Assembly: GCA_008369845.1 (NCBI GenBank)
Contig: MRSU01009678.1
Location: 1-48,988, forward strand
Reading direction: 5' to 3'
DNA: 48,988 nucleotides
DNA from: Trichomonas gallinae
Taxonomy: Eukaryota
Part shown: one piece after another, positions 20,801-27,460 of the stretch
How the letters are laid out: each line of letters starts with the position of its first letter
How positions within the stretch are numbered: position 1 is the stretch's first letter
Notes under the pieces: model-generated
What the model saw: only the letters and a program-made list of their open reading frames with translations
What the model was told of the DNA's origin: nothing
Databases searched by the model: none
Position numbers and translations under genes: made by a program

Positions 20801-21331
20801 GAGCTCATATTCGGCATCTGTCATACCGTACTCGCAATCAAAAATATCGAGTGGAAATAAGTGTTCTGTTTCGTTTTGATCATCCATTGTAATAGGTGCA
20901 ACCAGCTTATTCAGTCTCTTTGTCGCATTTATCAGATTTGCTTCAAAATTCGTGAAATCCAAAACATTTCTTGCGTTCCATGGAAGAGGAGCGTTTGGAT
21001 TTGTTTCCAATGTAAGATTTGTTAGTGGTTGAATCTCTGTAGAACGAAATCTTGGTGAGTTACGTGGAGAAATTTTGAGAGTTCTCGGATCTGGCGTATG
21101 TATTTTAATAAGTGAGTTTTTTAACGATTGAGTTGTATTCATTTCCTTCTTTCGAGGATTAAAACCGTATCCTTCAGGATTTTTAGGCGGTTTAATATCT
21201 AGAGGCCCGCGATTTATACCTAAAAGTTTCGATATTGTAATTCTTTTATCGAGACATTTCTTTGTTTTCCCATTAACTTCCGCTTGGAGCTTCTGAAATG
21301 CTTCTTCAAAGCGTTGTTTTTGGGTTTTCAT
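11864..21331 (-). CDS. Highly divergent dynein heavy chain (DNAH1/inner-arm-like tail) with a degenerate motor
   Basis: Ordered dynein landmarks: tail FPLDIFD...W...LSRFKIRF, linker REKIPRLLLVPDSKIIHVFS, AAA1 remnant WTCFTD, AAA2 GQQFSGTS, AAA3 GPPASGKT, coiled-coil stalk with MTBD (PSENIQNLFAAYCTLIG...FWPEARGILK) and AAA5 VYDPYG. First ATG (MKTQKQ) is at 21331; 3155 aa. Confidence 0.85.
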   Translation of the reverse strand: MKTQKQRFEEAFQKLQAEVNGKTKKCLDKRITISKLLGINRGPLDIKPPKNPEGYGFNPRKKEMNTTQSLKNSLIKIHTPDPRTLKISPRNSPRFRSTEIQPLTNLTLETNPNAPLPWNARNVLDFTNFEANLINATKRLNKLVAPITMDDQNETEHLFPLDIFDCEYGMTDAEYELRTKGLPAIGSAYFVGNTNKFQWHLVRINAFNEENFLFQVETFDDKPLIKNLSRFKIRFIDESQEVLEYRQKLSVQCREEFEKLMITDCFLDSIPDPPDLLDFLAKKFYNTLNDEAKSEIGRVQKMLIFRGMAKLHQQDDLFDLINRVGGDINCYSPSEVSFPFLLDTDYAKSLKKLSNTINLVSSPSYNMVCQKVYDLIYLQQRKIMNYIITFFENEQHDLEGWLGLMESYRKDIRMLLDNLVDSIAASIAKNIGEEIEIYETEKIKLLPKEHPPLQFFNTSTETHFYKFKNYLRIILIGFAIDLIEFNLNFFTEMLNYPVNFTEPKEITVDGFTTIDQTVSDKSISMKKPFIIIELHTNREQIRKCIYDYFYCLVDEIINMQSPLRMVFDRTTTEISRTLLTSRFEGFCIDNNLSELIPPKNNFKEHELIESVDPTTEIYRTILAKQMQKIYNCFPTILAYAERGTKYFTNLKNVSVQDTYDYIMKIQKDKDTFLMNYPSEIWLCFAKLVFTTLKKNIIDSVDKHRNDVLSKIHSEFVERIDKLHQDYTDLTNELKRQPNAPQQWAMLKSTVFGSIRAREKLEEEAKEINKLNDLLFSLSYGHDFKDLAKEMNILMWPVLTDIELGKAIALLLETKDEYLKNNEAQIKQFQDEIALRHDRIKNSKDVTEIQQNREYIRHLEEKLSQLLQLHEEFQEYDFTKFASPRVVLWSIVKISQDQIDRWHKAVMSTIDYNEAKETCSAWLKQLRSLTASFRQDKNSLKLLISTKNDIEHMIPIFKGCTQSLTPKLLQNHREDIVAIIGDDQFESRTMGYLIQSKISEKLDQIDRLYKQAKLEDKADFEIINAQTYIKTCQFEFKKDEIINIPNIISECRTTNNEMLMISSTDNIEEKKRKKALSIVDQLTLITVTIEIVASIQQFIKELKPIQNVTGVEVDVTDFNKALNSFNEIIKDLKHNPLILQFAEKEMTMSTLRQIKSLLKTVQESFITALTKFREKIPRLLLVPDSKIIHVFSDDLQTKLAIIPTIFPGIVDLICDKNKITKLKLSLDDELELINGTSTKGDVLSLIPKLEDEITKSMRAVFMKYYNGEIDASKVPIQLLILRQLADPLFDIDTGLMMFEKRKILETLKQSLTTEEAIYPSAKVKEDGKVFIEFNDKSIEYMFQLSYANSILFTKISLAIIADLLSNRQTDPLLIASEMYSTSSLICQQFSYICGRYCSIIHATMTSTISRLSSIIKMLNSINIWTCFTDTEMLTHEQMFQLAMLVKEPFFLTVTTQDILPILSVGKVLFTISSDAFKEHVLMAGQSLYPYQPEAINFAATTLSNYVHPYSILKYIEDQMHQEKVAFDLNFIADFSPILPQNVYDLVKDTIDESDGIDENVFIPVVKSIISTTDFLIGVHKIMKALQQGKKMILVKGQQFSGTSTCIMAAAKAMGVKYTAVAISSPNWVKVINETFTRLDSQKTIFHVTTIFDRSFLSHVSALAFGSFLCEGQQSLLKIPENATLIFEVMTPMATTELIAIPIISFNTPLVRSGELLSYWLANANFTLDVETAEYIKDFVSNLIQSNIQIAIFFSLFSTFLSKLPPQKPAAINNLIAYCAYWSNSYSFVKEENWKEYSTFILNKIPNFSHTTPFYDLSTSRSQDQFTLANVYNNTKIYQFDNSLHTQYNKAVNGPISLTNIPTPQFIHGIEIIPKIIQSGNHIAIIGPPASGKTTIIDYVESQFFLRPDYQVLRIDGYNATPESFLQVLMSYCTTSVDGIVEPKVANNIIVVADPMKPEGEIYGTILSMIKTGCAIIKNEVISFSKIFFILVLEDASYPIITCCFPYRIQPYTDECLKFIAVETMMRILVANNTPQPYIQQTMQMMSRSIVELIYTIRKSGPDFLRYFFTVIRSISMLEFNRNTNIQDFWFQRLLDIAPHVEMRVPSKNFVYDMVNVQQTGTKTFRYVTNTIQDQFERSLIPSLCMFAHKLTTSPVMFNYCEFLLNIFFMPRTSAIVVNDLIVDYETITKFMSSALSAKFVIYNSQQQIPSLIHDSIFSNQLTVVYCRKPDPALVNLIACGLKSNQYSYLNLIKNNDQYLPESPLGNTFPYSNLARPVETDKAKMNVSQDDFNHYKFNMLINTHFIFSVQSLNEIPYFCHGHFQIWDKHNTLTETTDQRINKLLKVVSSHNISALVPVIAQFPRVNLCHKYLTEKLKSFIEQRHTFLNEVMTVIESIESALKDFEGRMQSLKEQIRIDTTMKVSAEVAVQNAHTVVTNFTGELAKAESEYQTILDNNTQLVNYMEKDGSKTIDAYKKAQRKAQKSFNADEQYKLFMQQTPSENIQNLFAAYCTLIGLTPRSNDGFWPEARGILKSGRIPNAIAIFNPNDIPKDNIEKFDVAMQKVDENNFTTNSPCYNFALWLKAIHLHTKRTNFNPNVVPKMSELLIQKSRKEEVIENLRERLKKAKEDEELLTKSLHDLIEKINNEERLLENITLFASISKKLVKIFPDLKESLQEFRIGERETGKNSENFVLKTVYEQVLRPLFDPAALQKLDNDFNEMMSSNFYDTKFFVDVKTIINTQDPICTAILSGDRIISVYDPYGVAEIVTGMKTGKPAECISHLTILYTEMNEEDTEMKIMKAAEEGSIIVIKHADRLVDSQFFCAVANSAVTSAILGSYNISIDRDFKAILIVDRPPLWMPPMMSFIAELDMEKAHIESILANDNSILELAEKLKSAEISVIQQRENLFLSLQALFTQIKEIHSTRADLLRDPELQAELLMNAENAVRDAKVVGEHALDSQPWVREKAAKIVDLCGKLQSATKIIPLYIFPLHKVDKILSHWDKQSDVFEFFAASMASTMAKKHRSKFAEFKGITSLDPLQAVSWSNVILAHCENLATSASFFTSLNIPSSNFFFITDETDTNTELSKVQEKIDKAEVAVISLFTDNTDKLSELNKFLQNSYNKEWKSNTKLFIHANTNIKISPQIVDVSTVISLD

Positions 21332-21365
21332 GCAAATTCTTAGATTTTCGTTTGAAAATACAAAT

Positions 21366-21730
21366 AAAAGTGACAACAATTAATACATCCTGAAAAGTGA
21401 CAAAAATATAAAGATACAATAAATAAGCAGCGCTTACACCGACTTATAGAGACACTATGATAAAAGCTCATCTGTGCCAACTGATACATCATTGAAAATG
21501 GCAGCTATAGCATCATCAGAAGTGACAAATATATAAAGATTGCATGAAATCAATGACGCTTACATTGACTTATTAAAACACTATGATAGAAGCTCATCTA
21601 TGCCATCATTGGATATAGTCTCTATACAAAATAAAATGATTCGTCAAGTGAACAATGACGAGCATCATGAAAAGTGACAGTAATTATAGCATCATGAAAC
21701 GTGACAAATAATATTTTTATAAAAAGTGAC
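21366..21730 (+). promoter_or_regulatory. Cluster of AAAGTGAC (M2) motifs
   Basis: Exact AAAAGTGAC at 21366, 21393, 21670 and 21722; variants GAAGTGAC (~21519) and AAACGTGAC (~21697). All in one orientation. Confidence 0.7.
21386..21605 (+). repeat. Direct duplication of a ~95-bp unit, period ~125 bp, in the dynein/nitroreductase divergent promoter
   Basis: CATC..AAGTGACAAA.ATATAAAGAT...CGCTTACA..GACTTAT...ACACTATGATA.AAGCTCATCT.TGCCA occurs at 21386-21479 and 21511-21605. Confidence 0.9.
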
Positions 21731-21765
21731 GGTAGGTAATTTTAAACGTGCGTCAAAAATAAGCT

Positions 21766-22308
21766 ATGGCACTTAATGCTTTAAAGCGCCGCCGCTCGAT
21801 TCGTAGCTTTGACACCACAATGGCTATTACCCAAGAGCAGCGCAAGGAAATCGCCGAGGCCGCTTTATTATCCCCAACATCAATGAACAAGCAAGATATT
21901 GATCTGATTTGGATCACAAACCCAGACAGGATCAAGGAAATCAGCAAGACAGCATATGAAGCTCTTCCAAAGGAGAAGAAGGCCCAGTTTGATATCAGGC
22001 ATGGCAAGTACGATGTCGGTGATATCATTACCGGCGATTCTAAGGATATCCTGCTTTTCGTTAAAAATGAGCGTGCTTCACAGGTTACTGAGCTTAACTG
22101 TGGTATCATTGCCATGGGTGCTATGATTGCCGCTCAGGAATTCAATATCGATAGCATGATCCTTGGTTGCATTCGCCAGGAGAAGGTTGAACAGCTTCTT
22201 GGCTTACAGAAAGGTCAGCTCGTCCTTGGACTTGCTTTCGGCTACCGTAAGAAGAAACCAGTTATTGATCCAAAGGAAATTGTTGCCAAAGTTACTTACA
22301 TTGAATAA
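21766..22308 (+). CDS. Nitroreductase-family FMN oxidoreductase
   Basis: RRSIRSF, AALLSPTSMNKQ, NCGIIAMGAMIAAQEFNIDS and LAFGY are hallmark nitroreductase motifs. C-ending codon bias similar to the ribosomal protein gene. Confidence 0.93.
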   Translation: MALNALKRRRSIRSFDTTMAITQEQRKEIAEAALLSPTSMNKQDIDLIWITNPDRIKEISKTAYEALPKEKKAQFDIRHGKYDVGDIITGDSKDILLFVKNERASQVTELNCGIIAMGAMIAAQEFNIDSMILGCIRQEKVEQLLGLQKGQLVLGLAFGYRKKKPVIDPKEIVAKVTYIE

Positions 22309-22644
22309 AGCAAGTTATTATTCATTCTTATTTTCTATCTTTATGCTAACTAATTAACATTTTTACACATTTCGATTTAAAAATTTTGTTTCCAGAGGCT
22401 GCAAACATGATATTGAAACGCATACAAATAGCATTTTATATTTCACAGTCCAATTTTACACAGTTATGTGATTTAAAACAGATCAAATTATGAAAATATA
22501 AAAATTGACGTGAAATATTATAAATATCTCGAAAATTAATGGCATGTAGATATAATATGTGAAAGAATTAAATGATTTCAATCTTTATAATTTGATGTGT
22601 TTAGATAAAATGTTTAAAACATACAATTTGGCTCAAAATATAAT

Positions 22645-23307
22645 TTAAAGCTCCTTATTATCTTGAACTCCAAACTGTTCATCTAAAAATTGCTTGACTG
22701 GGATTGAATTAACTCTTCCTGAATAGAGAACATATTTGTCGCCAACTTTAGCGTAAACACCTGGATACTTTGGTAATTCTAATCTATGGAAGAGGTCTTG
22801 GCTGGAAGAAACAAGGAATTTGACTTTTTCATTGTTATAATACTTTTCAGCAGCAACCCAAGACTTTGGACGCTTATCAGAGAAGAGTATAGCAGCGTTC
22901 TTAGTAACTATTTTATCGAATGACTTATCATCGACTTCGGTCGAATTGTCTGTTAAGTAGGAAGAAACCCATTCAACAATGGAAAGAGTTACTTGTGGGA
23001 GATTCCTTGGATATTCGTGGATTGTTTTGTCCTTGAATAAAAGGATTCTAGGAACACCATCTGTCTGGATCTCTTCGCAAGCAGTTTTGTTTTCATGGCA
23101 GTTAAGATCAGCGAAAATAGCTGATCCTGCACCAAGCTCAGCTGTATGATTCCATGTGGGAGCAAGGCGAACACAATGTGGACATGATTCTGTGTGAATC
23201 ATAACAGCATATGTGTTCTCATCGTTCGGTGGGAGACCATAGAGATGTTTAATATGATTGTTGAATGTTGATGCTGAATAAGCTGCAGCAGCAAGAAGCG
23301 AAAACAT
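22645..23307 (-). CDS. ER-lumen thioredoxin/PDI-like protein
   Basis: Signal-like MFSLLAAAAYSA, CPHC active site, LAPTW, cis-Pro GVPRI, a second Cys-less Trx-like fold, and C-terminal NKEL (KDEL-like). ATG at 23307 is preceded by GTCACTTTT. Confidence 0.88.
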   Translation of the reverse strand: MFSLLAAAAYSASTFNNHIKHLYGLPPNDENTYAVMIHTESCPHCVRLAPTWNHTAELGAGSAIFADLNCHENKTACEEIQTDGVPRILLFKDKTIHEYPRNLPQVTLSIVEWVSSYLTDNSTEVDDKSFDKIVTKNAAILFSDKRPKSWVAAEKYYNNEKVKFLVSSSQDLFHRLELPKYPGVYAKVGDKYVLYSGRVNSIPVKQFLDEQFGVQDNKEL

Positions 23308-23811
23308 AATTTTGAAAAGTGACACATCAGTTAACTTCTCACTTCATTTTGATGAATTATGGGTTATCTCCACTATGTGTGTTATTTCACTGATATAAAG
23401 GTTCGATATCATGAGACCAAATCTCAAAAAATGATGATTTGAATAAGAAAATCACAAATCATGAGCTCTCTTTCTATCATATTCATATCTAAGTGTTTTA
23501 TTGTCTGTATATCAATTCAATTATTGAATTCTAAAATTTTATATTTTGCAATTAAAATTATTCATTCATTAATCATGATTAGAAAGAAACATTTTATCAT
23601 ACAAACTAAATATATGCATATTAATGATGTAATATTACTAAACAGTGCTTTTTTTTTTAAGTCTTAGTACATCAGCAATTGTTGAATATATGAATCGTGG
23701 TATTTACTAATATTGAACAATTTTCAGATGAAATTGGACTTCTGGAATTGAAAATAAATATTCGAAATTATAATTTATATCAAACAACTGCATTCATTAT
23801 GAATATGGATT

Positions 23812-24234
23812 TCATCGTGGATATTGTTGTAAGTTTCTCGCGCGTTCTCGTTCTGAATTTATAATTTCTTCTTTTTCGTCACGCAATTTCACCTGATCAA
23901 GTATACCTTTAATTGCATCCCAGTTTTCTTCGAACCATTTGATCAAGACACGATTATCTCTAGAAGCGTCACGATCTAAAACTAATTTTTTGCTAAAGTG
24001 ACAACAAATCTGTGCAATGCTTTTAAGCTCACTATGTGTCACTCCAGATGAAAATTTTTCGATTAATTTTTTGTAAACTTCGGAACTTGCATAGTCAAAT
24101 CCTTTTAATCGATTTGCAACACGTTTTGCTTCAGAACCTTCACCTCTCTTGACTTTTGGAGCTTCTGGTGTTGATTCTGGCTGAGTAGCTTGCATTTCTA
24201 GAGGGGCATTTTGTTCAGTTGATTTATCCTCCAT
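23812..24234 (-). CDS. Small helical hypothetical protein
   Basis: 140-aa ORF with an ordered core ELKSIAQI...LDRDASRDNRVLIKWFEENW, which I recall as a multicopy trichomonad family. No function assigned. Confidence 0.75.
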   Translation of the reverse strand: MEDKSTEQNAPLEMQATQPESTPEAPKVKRGEGSEAKRVANRLKGFDYASSEVYKKLIEKFSSGVTHSELKSIAQICCHFSKKLVLDRDASRDNRVLIKWFEENWDAIKGILDQVKLRDEKEEIINSERERARNLQQYPR

Positions 24235-24347
24235 ATAATAAATTAATTAAGGGGCTTTCATAACAAAACAGGTGGTACTAACTTAATTTTTCTGAACAAA
24301 GCTATTGAAATTATGAAATATACAAACATTATTTTATACATATCAAA

Positions 24348-26657
24348 CTAACTTGGGTTCTCTATATTAACTTGCGCCATCTTTTCTAGTGCCACGGACA
24401 TGAATATGCAAAAAGATTCCAGAAGGTCGCTGTCGTTCTTCTGGAAATGGCCACTCGCTTTCATCTTGCACTGCATCACGAGAGCGCCGATGACATTCGC
24501 CCTATCTTTCGAGAATATAGGGCACGCGAGAGTTCCTTTGGCAGGGTCATCGCTGTCGAGTAATATTGGCGCTCTTCGCAAAATCGATTTCTGTAATGCA
24601 TCAACAATTTCGCTGTCTTCAGCATCATTTGAAATAATTCTTTCTTTGCGACCAGTCATCATCTCGTTTATGTAAGCCCTCTTTGTGTTGTTCTTCTGTT
24701 CATCTGTTCTCTTTGATTCTCTCTTCTTTCTGAGATCAACGTCTTCGTTCATCGACAGCAATTCCGTCGATGCATCTGGTTTCGCTGCGTAGAGTAGTGC
24801 TCTTCCTGCTCCAACGACTTTTCTCGTGTCCCTTAATATGTTGTCAACGACGTTGTGCATCTCAGAACTTCTCGTCAAAGTCTGCGAAATGTCCATAATC
24901 GACTTCAGCTGCATTGTCAGCTCCAGCGATGCGTTGTAAAGTTTTGCGTTCTCTATACTCAGCGCGCAGAAGACATTGAACACTTGCATCATCTCTTCAT
25001 CGTCTGCTGTGAAGTGTCCGTCGAGTTTATTGATCATTTCAGTGACTCCTTGTATGTTTCCTTGATCGTCAATAATTGGGACGCATAGAAGTGTTTTTGT
25101 TCTATATCCAGTTTGCTTGTCTGTGTTCCTGTTAAATCTCGGATCCTCATATGCATCCCTGATGTTCAATATCGCCTGAGACATCGCGCAGCTGCCAACA
25201 ATGCCAGCATTTATCGGTATGTAAATCGAATTCGCCAAACCGCCTGAAAACGACGTGTAAAGTTGGTCCCTCGTGTCATTTACCATGAATAAGGAGCATC
25301 GGTCAGCTGCAACGAGATCGCACGCCTTAGTCATGATGGAGGGAATGAGTTCTCTGATGTCAAGCTGGCATGAAATCGATTTCGCGACGTCTAAAAGTGA
25401 TTTTAATCTGTTTTGCGCAACTTGAGAAGCTTCTACTTGTCTGTGGCTTTCTTCTATTGCTTCGCTAGCCGCCAAAGATGAGAAAACAATTGGAGCAACT
25501 CTGGCTAAAAGTTTTTCGTCGAAATCAGTGAAAAACGATGGCTGTCTTTTTCCGCGCAACGCAATTCCGTACGTCATGTTGTTGGAAGGCCCCAAAACAG
25601 GCAGCACGAAGATTGACTGGTCAGCAATGTCTGTCTTCGCGTTGAAGGCTGCATGCTTGTCGCAGCGGTCTGCAGAGACAGAAACTTTGTGAATTAAAGA
25701 ATGTGCAACAATTCCTGCATCAGAAGTCTGCACAAATTGTGGTGTTGGAAGCCCTGGTATCAGCTGGAATAGTTCACGCGTTTGCGTGTTGAATTGCCAA
25801 ATTTCCGCGATTTTGCACATAAAATATTTCGTAAGTTGTTGGCAGGTTCTATCAACAAATACGCCATATCTATTTGCAAGACAGAAGTCGGCGAATGCCG
25901 TATCAGGAAGCTGAGGATTTAAAATCCATTTTGAATATAATTTGAATTTATCTTGGAAATACTGAGCTCTGGCTTCATCTTCTTCGCCAAACGGAGAGTT
26001 CCTCACAACCTCAATTACGGCTGCGATTGAGCCGCTTGCTGTGAAAATTGGGATTAACATGATTGATGAGTCTGGTTGACACAATCTCTTGTCGTAGTGT
26101 GGAAGGTATGACGCATGCTCTTCAGCAGAAGTCAATCTGATCAATTTCTTTGTATAATGGCAATATCCAACTAAGCCTGATCCATATGGTATTTGAACGC
26201 CAAGTGTTGGACCATATAGGAACTGAATACTCGAAATATCGTGGAAGAAATGAACTCTTTGCGCGAAAAAGAAAGTTGTAAAATTTGTTTCGACTAAAAA
26301 TGCAAGAGGAGCGTCAAAAGAGCCTGATAATATCTTATCAAAACAATCTTCGCATCGTATATGCTCATCTAAGCTCCCTAATGGCGTTTCTCCGATATTT
26401 ACATTTGGCGTGTGAGATATTGAGCGAATTGTATTTTGGGTAAGAATTGGAGATTTCTCTCTCATAGTGTGTGATGATGATGATCTTGAACTGTATTTAA
26501 CTTTCGCTTTTACAATCTTTTTTGATAATAACGGAGCAAATTGATCAACAGGTGGAGGCGTTTCGTTCGGATTCTCGTAGAGTGACTTGTAATGGTAAGT
26601 ACTGAAGTGTAATGTTTTCGCTTTTTGAGGATCATCAAAGTTATATGATTTCCTCAT
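24348..26657 (-). CDS. Multi-GAF-domain protein (PDE-type GAF array, no catalytic domain)
   Basis: About four GAF units. The best preserved has ADRCSLF, GIVG, NIRDAYEDPRFN..D..TGYRTKTLLCVPI and NKLDGHFTADDE (NKFDE motif). Confidence 0.9.
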   Translation of the reverse strand: MRKSYNFDDPQKAKTLHFSTYHYKSLYENPNETPPPVDQFAPLLSKKIVKAKVKYSSRSSSSHTMREKSPILTQNTIRSISHTPNVNIGETPLGSLDEHIRCEDCFDKILSGSFDAPLAFLVETNFTTFFFAQRVHFFHDISSIQFLYGPTLGVQIPYGSGLVGYCHYTKKLIRLTSAEEHASYLPHYDKRLCQPDSSIMLIPIFTASGSIAAVIEVVRNSPFGEEDEARAQYFQDKFKLYSKWILNPQLPDTAFADFCLANRYGVFVDRTCQQLTKYFMCKIAEIWQFNTQTRELFQLIPGLPTPQFVQTSDAGIVAHSLIHKVSVSADRCDKHAAFNAKTDIADQSIFVLPVLGPSNNMTYGIALRGKRQPSFFTDFDEKLLARVAPIVFSSLAASEAIEESHRQVEASQVAQNRLKSLLDVAKSISCQLDIRELIPSIMTKACDLVAADRCSLFMVNDTRDQLYTSFSGGLANSIYIPINAGIVGSCAMSQAILNIRDAYEDPRFNRNTDKQTGYRTKTLLCVPIIDDQGNIQGVTEMINKLDGHFTADDEEMMQVFNVFCALSIENAKLYNASLELTMQLKSIMDISQTLTRSSEMHNVVDNILRDTRKVVGAGRALLYAAKPDASTELLSMNEDVDLRKKRESKRTDEQKNNTKRAYINEMMTGRKERIISNDAEDSEIVDALQKSILRRAPILLDSDDPAKGTLACPIFSKDRANVIGALVMQCKMKASGHFQKNDSDLLESFCIFMSVALEKMAQVNIENPS

Positions 26658-27460
26658 TTTTTTAAAAAAATTGTTTACGTTTTTTGATGTTGAAATAAGG
26701 TTATATAAAATTTTAAGGGATTTTTAATGATTTTCTTATGACTTGTAACGTGAAAAGTGAAACTATCAAAATTATTTATATAAATACATCAAAATCAGTC
26801 AAAAATATTAAACATTTTTATTCGAATCAATAATATCATGTTGTATTATGATGACCTAAGGTGTTAACAATAATGTTCTATTGAATCAATAGCTTTCATT
26901 GATGCATATTTGTATATATAGAAAAATGAGAAAGTCAAACTTTTCATCATGAAAAATTTAAATTGCCGAGATTTGGATTGTTTTCCAGCCAAGTCTGTCA
27001 TATGATAATATATGTTACACTTATTGATGTACATATACATACAATGATGAGGTTCAGTTCTCACAGCATAACTAGAGGATAAAGAATTTAGTGTGAAAAA
27101 TTCGCTTGCTTATTTGGTATACCAGATAAATTGCAAAATCATTTCCTCATGATTTTGTTCAGTATAAGTTACACCAGATACTAAAAATCATTGATTTTTA
27201 ATTAATAATAATATTTAATACAAACCTGTTTATAACTATATATACAAAAATGGTGTTCAGCGTCTGATTGTGGGCAATATACAAGATCTGATTTAGCACC
27301 TCTGGCTCTAGTTGCTAACAAATCAATGGACAACAAGTGATTTTTCTGCTAATAATTCATGCGAACTAACAGTGATATTAACTGTTGATATCAAATTTAG
27401 AATATATGTTTAATAATTCTAAGATATATGTTTAATAATATCATACAAACAAATATATTT

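Noticed and set aside
27044..27270. Box C (ATGATGA) with a downstream CTGA as a C/D snoRNA
   Set aside because: The boxes are about 220 nt apart, with no terminal stem or recognisable rRNA guide.
27402..27439. 22-bp-period duplication ATATATGTTTAATAAT
   Set aside because: It is a simple local slippage in AT-rich 3' flank DNA with no functional indication.
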